Shown here: positions 26,105 to 39,717 of the stretch, piece after piece | Layout of the letters: every line of letters starts with the position of its first letter | Numbering within the stretch: the first letter of the stretch is position 1 | DNA from: Bigelowiella natans CCMP2755 | Taxonomy: Eukaryota; Protista; Cercozoa | Direction of reading: 5' to 3' | Length of the DNA: 64,000 nt | Assembly (NCBI GenBank): GCA_000320545.1 | Contig: ADNK01001115.1 | Location: forward strand, 3,584 to 67,583 | Notes under the pieces: generated by a model | The model's input: only the letters and a program-made list of their open reading frames with translations | What the model was told of the DNA's origin: nothing | Databases searched by the model: none | Position numbers and translations under genes: made by a program

Positions 26105-26863
26105 AATGACAACCACTGCCGAACATCTCCTCTCTTTCACCAGGAGCGTGCAGAGTCAGGGCCCACTCGCATCAGGAATGGGCAAGATGGGGGCAAGAAC
26201 AACGAGAAAAACAGGAAGAAAAGGGTGAGAGAAACCCAGCCTGGAGGGGGGGGGGGGGGGGGATTGAGGAGAAGGGAAGATTAACTGCACCCTCATGTTT
26301 CAAATGTTCCAGGCAAACGCTATTATAATTATTATTATTGTTATTGTTATTAGTATTGTTATCATTATTATTATTGTTATTATCATTATCACGCACATCG
26401 AAGCTGTAGTAATCTGCCATGGTTTGCTGCTCAGGAACGAAGGCGCAAGAAGGCTGCGGCAGCATCATCTGCAACGAATGGAAATGCAATGGCTGCAGCG
26501 AGTGGTACTGCTACGCATTGTACTTCCGATGGGCGAATATTAACACACACACACACACACAAAATGCACACAAAACGCGTTGATCAACCGTGAGAACAAG
26601 ATATCACCAAATACACACGTCTACATGGGATAATATATCGTCGTTCCGCCGGTTTCCATGAACAGGAGCTACTGCTGCTAGCGGTGAGAAGAAGAAATCT
26701 AACCCAAAGCCAACCGGCACCACCACCACTCCTTCTGCTGCCCCGCCACCCTCCTCGGAGAAGAAAGAGGTACAACGACGACGACGACAACAACAACAAC
26801 AATAACATTTACTATACCCATCATCACATGTTAATGCGCATATAAAGCAACATATGTATATTG

Positions 26864-26898
<35 letters not shown>

Positions 26899-27098
26899 GT
26901 CGTACTGAATATACCGTACTATACAAGATGATTTTATTTGCATATAGTTGTGCACGGTTTTGTTTTTGGAGAGGTGCTACTGTGTTTTTCCTCACTATTG
27001 TCGTACCCACCAGCCTACTGAGCAGGAAAAGGTTCAGAAGAAGATAAAGTCGTTGAAGAAGAAGGTGCGATTGTACACAATATAGTGATGACGCGAGA

Positions 27099-27134
<36 letters not shown>

Positions 27135-27499
27135 GGATGAGGAGGGGGAGGAAAGAGCATCAACGGCCATCGTTTCAAATGCGTAGTCGCCATGTCCGCT
27201 GCCACATCGAAGAATGAGCTATTCTTAGCAGCAATAAATATCGTGAGCACTAATATCTGTACGAGTAGTACCTTGTTCTTCGGTTGTGTGTTTTACTCAT
27301 TTTTGTCCTGCTTCACCTCCTTCTCCTCCTCCTCCTCTCCCTTTGCCGTTCCATCCATCCTCTGATGACATTGTACATGCCGGGCCCACCATCGCCATCG
27401 TTCGTGTTACAATCATCAGCTGAGGCAGATCTCGCAGATTGAAGGTATGGGAGAAATAGAAGTAGAAGAAGAAGAAGAAGAACGAAGTGGGAAGAGAGC

Positions 27500-27539
<40 letters not shown>

Positions 27540-27760
27540 GGAGGGGTGGGACAAGGCAGGGAGAGAGACGAAAGAAATTGATCCTCGCAATGATTCTCCA
27601 GAGAAGGATCCAGCGACGTTGAACGATGGGCAGAAGAGTAAGCTGCAGAACAAACCGGTACGAATCGTACGCACTACATACACACGCTGAGACGTCTGCC
27701 TGTCTGTCAGTCATTGCGGTATGTCGTAGTAAACAGACGAATACTGAAAAGGGATGAATG

Positions 27761-27800
<40 letters not shown>

Positions 27801-27871
27801 TCTCTTTTCTCTCTTCACAGAAAATAGAAGCTCAGATTGTGGAGCTAACGAAAAAACTTGCGGCAATGTAG
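21305..27871 (+). CDS. EIF2A: Translation initiation factor eIF2A (beta-propeller), many exons; true start may lie in an upstream exon near 21074-21104
   Basis: SYYGEA; GPIQDTQWAPDGKSFVIIQG; SPHGRFLCLGGFG; YYDWSPDSRRFVTATVRPLRTVDNGYKIWSY; AYVPPSLRG; KKIKSLKKK-LRQISQIE coiled coil; last exon KIEAQIVELTKKLAAM*. Confidence 0.9.
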
Positions 27872-28548
27872 AAGGCAGCAGCAGACGATGCAGATCAGCA
27901 AACCTCTTCCTCTTCTCCCTCTCTTCCCTACCCATCCTCCTCATCCTCCTAGCGCATCCTCATTGGCCATTCTAACCAATCATCAGCAGCAAAGACGCTA
28001 CTACCAATTTTAGCCGTAGAGTTTTGAGAGCATACACATCTCAGTTGTCATCTTAAACTATTAATTGATCACGGTAAAACGCATCATGCTAGCATGGCAG
28101 CACCACACTTGCTAGCTTGCACAGCGGCGCTGCGTTGCATGATGTCTAAATGTGCCTTATCTAGATGTGCATCATGCATGCAAACGTTACTTGGCAAATG
28201 AACGACATCGATTTCTCGATCAGCGGTGTCTAGATGCGTGCGCAGCATGTAGCATGCTGCTAGGTTGGCATGAATGCGACTGCAATGCCATGGATGGTGT
28301 GGCTTGATCGCTAGACATCTAGAAATCGTGCGACGCAATTCTAGAATTCCCTGGCAAAAGCGTCTGTCTAGCTTCAGAGCTAGCTAGCTAGCAACGTTGC
28401 AGTGGCTGTCTAGCTGTGCTAGCTAACATTGCATGTCACTGCTGCCGCAAGAAGTCGATCATAATCATCGTATAGTCATCATTGTTATCATCATTGCATA
28501 GCTAGATAGCTATCGCTCTTTCTCCAACAGCATCCTTTTTACTCGTTG

Positions 28549-28802
28549 TCATCTCTTTTTTTTGTCGACGTAATTCCTTCGGATCACGTTTCTTAATGCC
28601 CTCTCGGATTGAATGACATCTAGCCGCTCCATCATCGCCAACTCTTCAGAAACATCCTTTCCTTCTGCAAAGATACGGAATTTCAAGATGAAGCTGTATG
28701 ATACGTCGAGAATGGTGTTTGCGATTAAGAAAATGAAAGCATTCGGCACATATTCGCACGTATTTTAATTATACACAAACGTTCCTACACAAGTGTATAT
28801 GC

Positions 28803-28841
<39 letters not shown>

Positions 28842-28850
28842 TCTCTCTCT

Positions 28851-28901
<51 letters not shown>

Positions 28902-29170
28902 TGTGTGAGTCGTCTGCATTTCTTTGTGTTGAGCAACAAGCAATAATTGCAGTGTTCAATTCTTCTAAGCGTTAGATTTCGTGATCTAATACAAGTGGTG
29001 ATGTAGCAGGTTAATTACCACGAAAAACTCTAAATGCGGGCACCGCAGTGATGCGGTTATCCTTGAGGATCTCCCTCGTCTCATGGTTCTTGTCCCCTGG
29101 TAAAGAAGCACGTGAGAATAGTTGCGCAGATAATAAATTTGTTGCAGCTCTATTGAAATTCCTACCATAT

Positions 29171-29231
<61 letters not shown>

Positions 29232-29274
29232 AATGTATACATTTTCCCCAACATTACTCAACATATTTACTCAA

Positions 29275-29311
<37 letters not shown>

Positions 29312-30574
29312 CTTTGTATTTGTTTTCAAGCTGTACTAGTGTCTTTTTATTTTAAGAAAGGGTCCGTATTTTGATGGTGCTGTGTCCGTGTGGTCATTAT
29401 CGTTTTGATCTGCAGGAATGCTTCATTTGTGCATTTTGGTGTTGTTGCTTCCCAACCGACGACGGTGATGAAATTCGCATTCGGATACGCCTCGGAAAAC
29501 AGTTTGAACTTTGGCATCATCAGCTTGCATGGCCCGCAGTACGTCATACTGATTGATGAGTGAGGATGACTGTGTGATGAATCATGATCTAGTGATGATG
29601 ATGATGATGATGATGATGGTGGTGGCGAAAGAGAAGATTTCCTGTATCTACTAGAACAACCTGGCCATTACTACGGCGAGAGAGACGTTCTCAGCAGTCA
29701 GCGCCTTGAATTCTGCAGCTATATTTAGATGTGAAGGGGCAGAGGAGAATAGAGGCGGAAGGGATAAGGAGGTCGGTGACAAACACAGGTTAAGTTCCTT
29801 CCTCCCAAAGATCGATGCATTGTTTTTAATTCGCTATGTACTCATCTTTCCTGTATTTGCCACCACACGCACAGGAACCTGATTCGACTTCTACGATGCT
29901 GTCTCTGTCATATCCAGTTGGCCCGAGCAGCCTGCGATGATGGATGAACGATGAGCACATAGCCGAAACAGGAGGAACATGAGGATGGTGATGAAAAGGA
30001 ATTTCGAAATAGTCGGCTCCATATTCGTATTTATGAGAAAAAGTAGGGTTCGTATTAACGTCATCATCGATGTTTCTTCCAGTAATACGCCGGTTGCATG
30101 CGTAGTACCTCTGTAGCCAGCCCTTACTGCTTTCTCCCTTTTCTGCGGCCACAGTGACCAAGGTCGGCAATCTCGGCCGCAACTGGCCCCGTTTGGAAGG
30201 TGATGATGATGACGAAAACGAAGGATTCAGAAGGATCGATGACAGTGCGCTCAACAGCTTTTGGCTCTGGCAAGTTGTTGCAGCGACGCCTCTGCCACCC
30301 CGGTTGCTGTTCCGCCGAAAGTTTGATTTTCTTCGGTTAAAAACCGAATTTGAGGTAGCAACATGTAAGAACGACCGCTCCGATGACCTCGGTGCTGGTT
30401 TTCACGGCAAGAAAACGTAGATTAGAACACTGTTTTGGCAGAAAAAAGGAAGCTCATAACAAGGTCAGACATGAGAACCCATTTCCCCCCGTCCCCTCAT
30501 CAACCGTAAGGCTGTGCAGCTTCAAGGATCGGCACGGATAGAATAAGCGCAGCGACTGTGGATAACATTATCAT
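28549..30574 (-). CDS. Thioredoxin (Trx f-like) with bipartite signal plus transit leader, probably plastid-targeted
   Basis: Exon 1 MIMLSTVAALILSVPILEAAQPY; S/R-rich exon 2; active site MTYCGPCKLMMPKFKLFSEAYPNANFITV; ITAVPAFRIF (cis-Pro loop). Confidence 0.82.
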
Positions 30575-31403
30575 GCCCACGTGGATAAAATCCACCCTTC
30601 TTCCAGAGGGGGGGGATGCAGCACAGGCTCGGAACGGAAGAAAGGCAGAGGAGCAACGAGAACTCGGGGTAACAAACGATTTTGACTCTGCGACTTAGAC
30701 AATTCCTTCAATGAGGCCGAAAATCGTTGAATCGCTGCTGTTTTATTACAACGACATCGTTTTTAATTTGTCGCAGGGATAAAATCAACTGGAATTTGCG
30801 TTCCAATGCCACGCTAGCACGGTGCACAGCATGCAAGCAACGTGATCCGATCCGATTTGCATTCGAACAGCGACATTGTGTTGGTGGAAAGCCGAAGTTG
30901 AATCGTGTTCGAACCTGTGCGATGTGGTCGCCAGCGTGAGGTGAGCGCTCAGTGCCAGCTTCCACCAAGTGTGGTGTTGTGTTGTCCCTTGCTTGCACCG
31001 TCACTGCAAAAGAGCATCCACACTTGCCACACAGTGCGTCACAGGTGCGTGTGCGTGCATGTTTGATGTCTAGGATGAGCAGTTCATTGCTTTCATGCTC
31101 AAATAACACATGGCCATGCCACCACGCGTTTCACCACTTGACGATGCGATCATGGCGCTCGGAGTGTGACGACTCACATGAGCAGATCTCATCTGCATTG
31201 CTGCCTCATTGTGGAAGTCGAACATGCAGACATGTCACGAAAACTTCATGATGTCGGTGTCACAGATGACAATTTCTGCCGATGTTTTGAGAGTCAGCAA
31301 GCATTCAGCACAAGTACAAATTTGATTCACATTTCACTTCACACTTCACATCATTCCCCATGTCGGTATTTCTATTTTTGATGATCATAGTGTTGTGCAA
31401 TCT

Positions 31404-32245
31404 TCAGAAAAGCTTTTTGAGTGATGTACCTAATGGAGAAAATGAAAGTTGATCGTCTTCATTTGAGATTATTTTAGGTTTGCTTTTAAGATTGGTTATC
31501 ATCATGAGAGAAACACAACGCGTGGCTCCCCAGCAATCTGGTAAATCTCATCCTACGACTCAGGTTGTCGCAGGTCAAAAATATCGTTCTCTTCATCGTT
31601 GATATCAATTGTTGTGTCCCAACTCACCCCAGACTTCGGAGTCTTCATATAGGTACACCATTGACGAAACGAGAGATCTATATGTTAAGGTGCGAGCAGA
31701 ATGTAAAGACGCTGATGGGGAAAGTTCTGAGTCGAGGTCTTCGATCATGCATAGAGAAATATTTGTGACATAGTAAACAAGGTAAGTGTCCCCGATTGCT
31801 TAGTATCTAGGAAGATTATCCGTACTTCTGCATGTGCCCACGTTGCTTGGCGAATAAGTACATAACCTATGTAGAGAGGGGAGTGCATCCTTGTTGTTCA
31901 AATCCCAGCGTTTATGATTAATTTTGACACATTCTCAAGGGCTCTACTAATGCTAGATGCCTTCAGATAACAAATTTCATTGCCCCCTACCCACTCTCCC
32001 TTCTCTCTTTTGGATTCTAAGATCTCTCCCACCGCCTTCAACAAACACGGATAGCTTTTGCTCTGTGAATCATCATCGCTTTAGAAGTCTGATCATAAAT
32101 CATTGCTGCGAAAAAGCGTATGAATTGTTGGCGGCATTACTAGTGCCCATGACACGCCGGCCCAGATTCGATATTTGTTGTCGATTTTCTCCAAACTTCT
32201 AGATCTGAGCATCAGAAGGAGGATGACATCATGAAGACCGTCAAT

Positions 32246-32311
<66 letters not shown>

Positions 32312-33635
32312 TGTAATGTGGATATATATGTTTATATTTAGTTTAAAAATACACCAAAATTTCGTTAGCGTCGTTCATCATTCTCACGGTCTGTGCAAAA
32401 TGCTATCTCGTGGACTGCTAATATTACCTTGTGGCGAGAATATTGCCTAAAGCCATCGCCACCCGCGAGAAGACGTACAGGTTTATCTGCATTATCATGT
32501 TACCATTAAAAAGATTATTCCTCCAGCTGGTAACTCCTGCAGTTGCTCATCATTCATCACTTATGAATGCAGGCTTCGATTTGGCATTTTTGTTTTTGCA
32601 AGGAAAAAAGTGTAGCAGCGCATTCCGCAGCACTAACGAGTGCTGGAAAAGGCAATGAAGCAAATATGTTGAAAGGTTTTTTTCAGGAACAAGACTTGTT
32701 GTACAGGTTTATTGGGCAGTAGAGGAAGGGGAGAAGACAAGTTCATTCAAATGGTTATGTAATTGGAAAGAGAAAGATGCGAAGGCGTTACTTAACACCT
32801 GAGTGTTGATACTATTTTTCTCTCCGAAAATCAGCGCTCCAGCGATTCCACCCGCAGCCAACGTACATGCCTTTGTAAGGATCATTGTTGTCAGACACGA
32901 TCTAACATTTGCGCATAATCCTTCTACGGAAAGGAGAATCAGAGGAAAGCGTGAATCGAAAATGTTCATTTTATGTTGGATGGTGGCAGGTGACATCTTC
33001 TGGCAGGGTCAGAATTCTTCGAAAAGCCCACAAGAAGCCTTTATATAAAAGGACGAAGAGGCCTAGATTCTTCGAGTGTGAGAATGTCATCCATCCTATC
33101 CTTCGTATCTTGGCTTTATTTGCATCGTGCAGTAAACGCAAGGGAGGGGAAAGTGACGTCCATTAACACTGACAGAAAAATGTTTTTTTGCATTCTCCTC
33201 CCCCTCCTTCTCATTACCAACGTTCACCTCGTTTTTACCTTCAAAAGTGAGCCCTTTCGCGAAGAGGAATGTCATTACTGCCGCGTGCGGCGCTCGAACT
33301 GCGGGGCAATACAAGAAGATATGTGAAATTCGTGATTACACGTTTTACAGACATGATGAACATCTTCAATATTTAACATTTTGCACAATGATTGTACATT
33401 TTAGCATTTCCTGTGAAAATATCTCGAAGAAAACACCCCCGTATCAGTGCTGCACATTAACGCTACACACAGCGCATTCTGGCGCCACGCTGTGAGTTGG
33501 AATGCGATATTTTTGTCCTGGCCGACCCCCCCCTTCTACCGTATTACTTTTAGCGCCGTAAAGGCAACCATGCAGAAATCCCTGGAGGACTGCTCTCAAC
33601 TCTTTGAGAGTGGACGGGGGCGAGCGACCCACCAT
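31404..33635 (-). CDS. PXMP4: Peroxisomal membrane protein 4 (PMP24; Tim17/22/23 superfamily), multi-exon
   Basis: Spliced ELRAVLQGFLHGCLYGAK|VRAPHAAVMTFLF..HSKNLGLFVLLYKG..AGGIAGALIFGEKNSINTQ|INLYVFSRV..WAGVSWAL|VMYLF..SLVSSMVYLYEDSEVW. Last exon uncertain. Confidence 0.9.
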
Positions 33636-33843
33636 ATCGTGGTCAAGCTTGAACCGGAACTGGTTCTCCGGGGAGCAGGGGTTGGATGTTGAAGTCCTCG
33701 GGTAATTGGGTTTTGAGGGCTTTTCTCCGCGACCAAATATTTACGAAGTTTCCGGCTTAATTTTCTCCAAAAAAATTTCACACGCGAACGCCCTGCATTC
33801 CGCCAATTCTTTGCGCAGCGACACGAATTCTGACACAGCGGCC

Positions 33844-35472
33844 ATGGTCGCCCACCCCCAGCAGGTCGGTACTCTTTTTCTGTGCTGTGTGTCCTCTGCG
33901 TGCCTACGCTTCACCCTGGCTGCAATTCTCAGATTTTGGGTTGCGTAGAAGTGGAGTGAGTGTGCAAGCTCATTAACCCCCTCCCTTTCCCCCTCCTACA
34001 GCCAGAAGCCCGACCCCCCCCACGGATTCCAGGGGAGGCCGTTTCTGGCGTGAACGAGGGAAATAGCAACATGTATGAAACGTCTCAGAAATTCGATGGG
34101 TGCAGTGTTTCTGAAGATGATATCCATCCAAAAGTTCGGAAATACATTGGTGAAGCCCGGTAATGATTCATCTTGATTTCCTCACTTGCATCCCTCGAAT
34201 GCATGCTTAGCTTGCACTCTGGTTATTCTCAGCAGAAACTTTGCCGTGCCGGTGATGGCACTTGTAATCGCTGCGGCGTTGCAATTCATGCACACAGAAT
34301 CTACAGTAATGACAGCGTTCCATTTATTATCGCTGCCGTTTTCGATCGCGGGTCGCATCGCAATTCTAAGGCCAGAGCCCTCCCCCCCGGTCGCAGGAAA
34401 TTGCTCCTTCACCAGCGTCGGGTGCTATCTCTTGACGCGAAGCATCATTAGGAGCTTTGTGTCGCCGGATACTAGCATCGATCAGCTTAGAAATGACGCC
34501 TTGAGAGGCTACCAGCTGACTTCGAGGGCTTCTGTCAGCCATGTAAACTACTCCACGGCACTACTAGTAGGCGACAGCGATGGCGCCCTTGCTTCGAGCT
34601 TCGGAGATTACGACAGTAGAGCCCACACCACATTGTACGGTGAATGGATCGTGGCAGTACCTTGGGAATCCGAGATCCCAACTCCCAACGGGCAATTCAA
34701 CGCGGATTTGGCGGTGGTTAGGGTGTTCCTCTACTTCCATGGCGGGGCGCATGTTCTAGGAAAGGCGAGCCAAGACTCCCGAGTGATGGAAGAGTTTGCA
34801 CTTGGGCTGCACGCTGCCCCGGCCGCGATCTTGAACGCGAACTACAGGCTGTTGCCTGAGCATGACCCGAAGACACAGCTTGCAGATGCAATCTCGGCCT
34901 ATCTCTTCCTCGTCGAATCAGGGATTAGACCTGAAAATGTGATAGTGGGCGGCTGCTCAGCCGGAGCCACCATTGCATGGCGGGTGGCGACCGAATTGCA
35001 AGAACATGCGCGCCCCCGCGCTTTGGTTTTACAATCCCCGGGAACGCTCAGCGGGGAAAGGACCCATTTCAGAGAGTACGCTAACTTCAAGGACAACGCC
35101 AAGGTTTGCACCCTCGGAGGCGAAGGCATCATGAGCTTGGTCGAGCAGCAATGGAAGAAGAGGGGTGTTGAGGACATCGAATACTTCAAGCTCCATCATC
35201 TGCCGGAGAGTACCCTGCGAACCCTTCCGCCTACTTTGGTTTTAGCGTCCGACTTCGAGCTCATGATCGATGCCATACAGGAGAATGTGGCGTACCTCAA
35301 GGAACTAGGGGCGGAGATTACGTTGAAGTTATCACAATGCTTATATCACTGCCCTTTGAGCGGCGCTTGGCCTGCAATCCCTCTTCTCTTTGGTGCAGAG
35401 GAAGCTGTGGAGGAGCTTCATCACACTATCGAGTGGATGCAGGCTCAATGGAATAGACCTGTACCCACCTAG
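33844..35472 (+). CDS. Alpha/beta hydrolase of the HSL/GDXG (Abhydrolase_3) family; two short 5' introns
   Basis: LYFHGGAH oxyanion motif, NYRLLPEH, QLADAISAY, nucleophile GCSAGA, ELMID, LYHC. Confidence 0.88.
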
Positions 35473-35879
35473 ATGAACCTGAGAGGATGTGATTTAAAAA
35501 AAAGCAATTTTAAGCTCCAGATATTGGTTTTTCTCTCCCTCTCACAAAAAAAATTTAGATTCAATTAGATGTGCTTCTGCTCCCGCGGGATGGAGTAGAT
35601 ATATCGCTGCATTTTCCCCTCTGCTCTTCATCTACTACGAGTCGTGAGCTACTACGTTGACAAATGAGTAATCAAATGAGTAATGGTTTAAGTCAAAATA
35701 TCACTATGTCAGAACTGGTAACATCACCGCATCCCCTCCCCCCCCACACACAAGCATACCCCTAGTACACATCATTACACATGTGTATGTGTACAACACC
35801 AATGTGTGCTGCAACATCATTTACAACTGTCTAGCCGTGCTGAGTGTGTACCCGTGTGCATGTCTAAATGCATAGCAGC

Positions 35880-35973
35880 ATATGAGATGGATGTAAGGAA
35901 CCAAAAATTTTTAAAAAATCAATGGTCACATCATAATTTGGTTGTGCAAAGCAGCGGCCACAGCGCTTAAATT
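35880..35973 (+). repeat. Dispersed ~90-bp element, diverged copy C
   Basis: atatgagatggatgtaaggaa..tcaatggtcacatc..tggttgtgcaaagcagcggccacagcgcttaaatt. Confidence 0.8.
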
Positions 35974-36189
35974 ATGTTTGTTCGTAAATTCTGTTGTGAC
36001 GTCTTTCATGCATGAAAATGCGGTGCGTGTAGCAGCAGCAGCATGTACATTATTGCTACAGCCGTAGCTAGCGTAGGTAGTGCTAGCAATCAGTTAACAT
36101 CACTACATAAGCGCTAAAACGGGAGATCAGCAAATGCTCAACTCTCGTACATATACTAGTCCCCATTGTCTGCCTGGCGCTACCGCTAG

Positions 36190-36559
36190 CTATAATTGCT
36201 TGTTACCAGAGTCAAAGTGAGGGCGAACATTGAAGATGCCATGAGCGGTGCCTACTACCAAGCCGTTATGGTCTGATCCGCTCCACGCGCATACGTTTAT
36301 GCAGCATTCTTCGTTGTTCTTGTTGGATGTTCGCATATGCGACATCTCTGCTATGTAGTCGATGCCGTAGTTGCTGCTGCTGACTGGTACTCTTTTCTCG
36401 AGTAACAAGGCTCCTGTGACTACATTCCATGCTCTCAGCTTACCATCCGACCCACCAATGAAGAGATATCTAGTAGACAATAACAACAACAACATCAACA
36501 GGAATCATGCTGGATGTTGTTGTTCGAAGCGCGCAAGAAAACCGAGCCACACACAAACA

Positions 36560-36590
<31 letters not shown>

Positions 36591-38438
36591 GCACGCACAC
36601 ACATGAATAAACACAACAACCTCCCTGTGCTATCGAGCGTCCCTCGTAACGACTGATAAAAATACCAACAGAGGCAAAACGAACCCAATCCACACTGCTG
36701 TCATCACACATTGCCAGGCGATTGATGAGAGGGGGGGGGAGAGGAATGGCTCGTCGTTGGGCTCTCTCCGACTTATCAGAATATGCGACATCAAAGCTAT
36801 TATTAACACCTCCCTCCTGCTAGCGAACACACTCACCGGATTCACACGGTTTGTGTGGCCATGGAAGCTCTGCACCACCCCCTTGGGATACCGGTAGTCC
36901 CACAGTGCCTTCGGAGAGAGAGGGGGGGGGGAAGAATATTCGTGTGTTTGCGTGTGTGCGTGTGCGTGTGCGTGTGCGTGTGCGTGTGTATAATGTATTA
37001 TTTATTATACTCTACCAGCTTTCCATCGATCCCAGCAGTTACAACAGCTTTGCTGTCGATGCCAGGGAGGCCCTCCATCCAGGTGATGCTTGAGCGCGTC
37101 TCTATCATCGAGACGGTGCTTCGCTTTCTATGCCTACTTCTCTTGCTGCCACTGCTGCTGCTGCTACTACCATGGCCCTGTCCTCTGAAGCAATGCTGCT
37201 TCGTTTGCCCGCCTATGGATGGTGTTCTCTGTCTTCTGCCTCCCCTCCCTCCTCCTCTTCCTCTCTCTCTTCCTTGCACAGTCATTGTTGTTGTCCAGGG
37301 TGACATCTCCATGCTCAACGTCGCGGTTTTCACCCTAACGGGAGGGGCAGATCGGGTATCGATGACCCGCAGCTCCCCTCGTCGTGTTCCGTAGCGAATC
37401 TCGTTACCCTGCAGAAGGGAGGGGGAGGGAGAATACATAGTAGCACCAACAAATCTAAGGCTCTATGAGGAATAGAAATCCCTGCGTCATCACACCTCGA
37501 TCGTGACGTGAATGCTTATTTTTTTGCCCTTCATCGTCTCCTCTCCCCCCCCCCCCCCCCTGTGCATGCTTAGAGACAGACATTAGAGGCGTAGTCCAGA
37601 GCCCATACTCCAGATTTGTTCGAGAAGTATTCCCTTATGGCGTCAGGGCGAGCAATGTTTATGATGGCCAAGTTCCGTGAGGTGCCGACAGCGACCTGCG
37701 GGTAGTACTCGAATGAAGCATTTGTATCCTCCTCCTCCTCGTCATCATCATCATCCTCTCATCGCCATCACCATCGAAATCATAATAATAATAATAGGGA
37801 GATAATATAGGTAAAAGCACGCATCGATCTCTGTAATGCTTGCTACCTCAGTTGTGCCCCCTTTGAAGTCGGGATGCACCTGCACATACCGCACACCATC
37901 AATATATTTAGTTGATGTGTGTGTGTTTGCGTGTGTGTGTGTGTGTGTGCGTGTGCGTACGTATTTATTTAACACTAACAGGATTTCAGGATATGTGCGT
38001 ACTTTGGAGTTCCATATTGTCCCTTTGCTTAGCGTCAGATCGAAGGTAAACTGGTGCTCTTGGTTCGGACGTTGCTTTACCTGGGTGAGGGTCGTGGTGG
38101 TGGCGGCGGCGGTGGCGAGGAGTAGACGTATTTGTTTAAGTGCGTATTATCTTCTCAACTTAAAGTAATGATTATGCCCCTTTCTCTCCTCTGCCAAAAC
38201 CGTATGAATGTTCTTGCTTCATCAACGAGATGCATCATCATCGTCATCATCGTCATCATCGTCATCATCGTCATCATCATTATCATCATTATCCCGTGCA
38301 CCAGGGAAACCTTAATGCTTCCAGGCTGCGAGCTGCCGAATAGCGTGTAGAGTACGGCCTCGCTGCTAGGGATGTATGCGATGGAGCTGATCTTATCGCC
38401 GTATCTCCTGATAAATACAATTAAAAATGTATATATAT

Positions 38439-38511
<73 letters not shown>

Positions 38512-39233
38512 GGGTGCCGCACCTTTCCGATTTGATCTCGAAGGTGTTTGCTTGCATCTAGGTGAGTAGGAGGATGAGGAGAATCAAATGAAGAAGGAGG
38601 GAGGGGGGAATGACAGGACAGAGTAGCAATACAGGACTCACTTCGATGCGCCTAAAGCAGCGCCATCACCATCACCATCATCATCATCACCATCATCATC
38701 ATCACCATCATCATCATCACCATCACCATCACCATCATCATCACCATCACCATCACCATCACCATCATCACCATCATCATCACCATCACCATCATCATCA
38801 TCACCATCATCACCATCATCTACCTCGGATGTTAACTCAAGGGTTCCCCTAGTCATGCAGCCATCGGGTGCTATGCCTCCCGCCACGATCACAACCTGAG
38901 AGGGCCTGTTGCTGCTCGCTGTGATCAAAGGTGGGCGGGGGTGAGATTTAGAAATCAGAACACATGGGGTTCGAATGACTTGATCCCTAGCTGTTATGAA
39001 GGAAGTTGTGGGATGTGCTTCCTGCGTGTATGGATTTCTCGTCCATCTCCTTAATCTTTCTTCTTCTTCTTCATCATCATCATCATCCTCCTCCTCTCTA
39101 GTTTGTATATTTCTCATCGTTCAGGTTGGAAACGTTGCATAATTACCACCGCTGCTGCTGCTGCTGCTGCTACTACAGCACGCCAATGCTGTTTGAGAAG
39201 GGCACCCATGCAACTTGCGAATCTGCAGTAGCA

Positions 39234-39266
<33 letters not shown>

Positions 39267-39682
39267 CAAGATAATTACTAACAGACGCTGTCTCTCCCTC
39301 CCTTCGATTTCCCCTCGTACTCCTCTCCGCCCCCTCCCCCCTTCCACAAAGCTCGTGTGCTCGAAAAACGAGCGTGGTTGCTTGCTGGAGCATGCTTTCG
39401 GTTAAGGTCTTGGAACAATATGCAGAGGCACGAATATGCACATTTTCACTAGATCTCTGAAGCTAAAAAACAGAAGAAAAGCCCCTTTTTCCAATCGTGC
39501 AAATCAGTGGTGGTGGCAGTTGTAGTAGTAGTAGGAGGAGGAGGAGTAAATGAAGTAGTACCCCGTTTTTGTTGTCGAGCCCTCTTACCACGCCAATATC
39601 TCTCACCTCCCCACATTTCCATGACCCTGAAAGCAGCATAAATGATGCTTAGAGTCCTCAAGCTACAGAGACTGTGCGCATT

Positions 39683-39717
<35 letters not shown>

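Noticed and set aside
38610-39117. Poly-His and Asp-Gly ORFs, and the many CVCV/YIYI/LSLS/ERER ORFs
   Set aside because: Translations of intronic microsatellites
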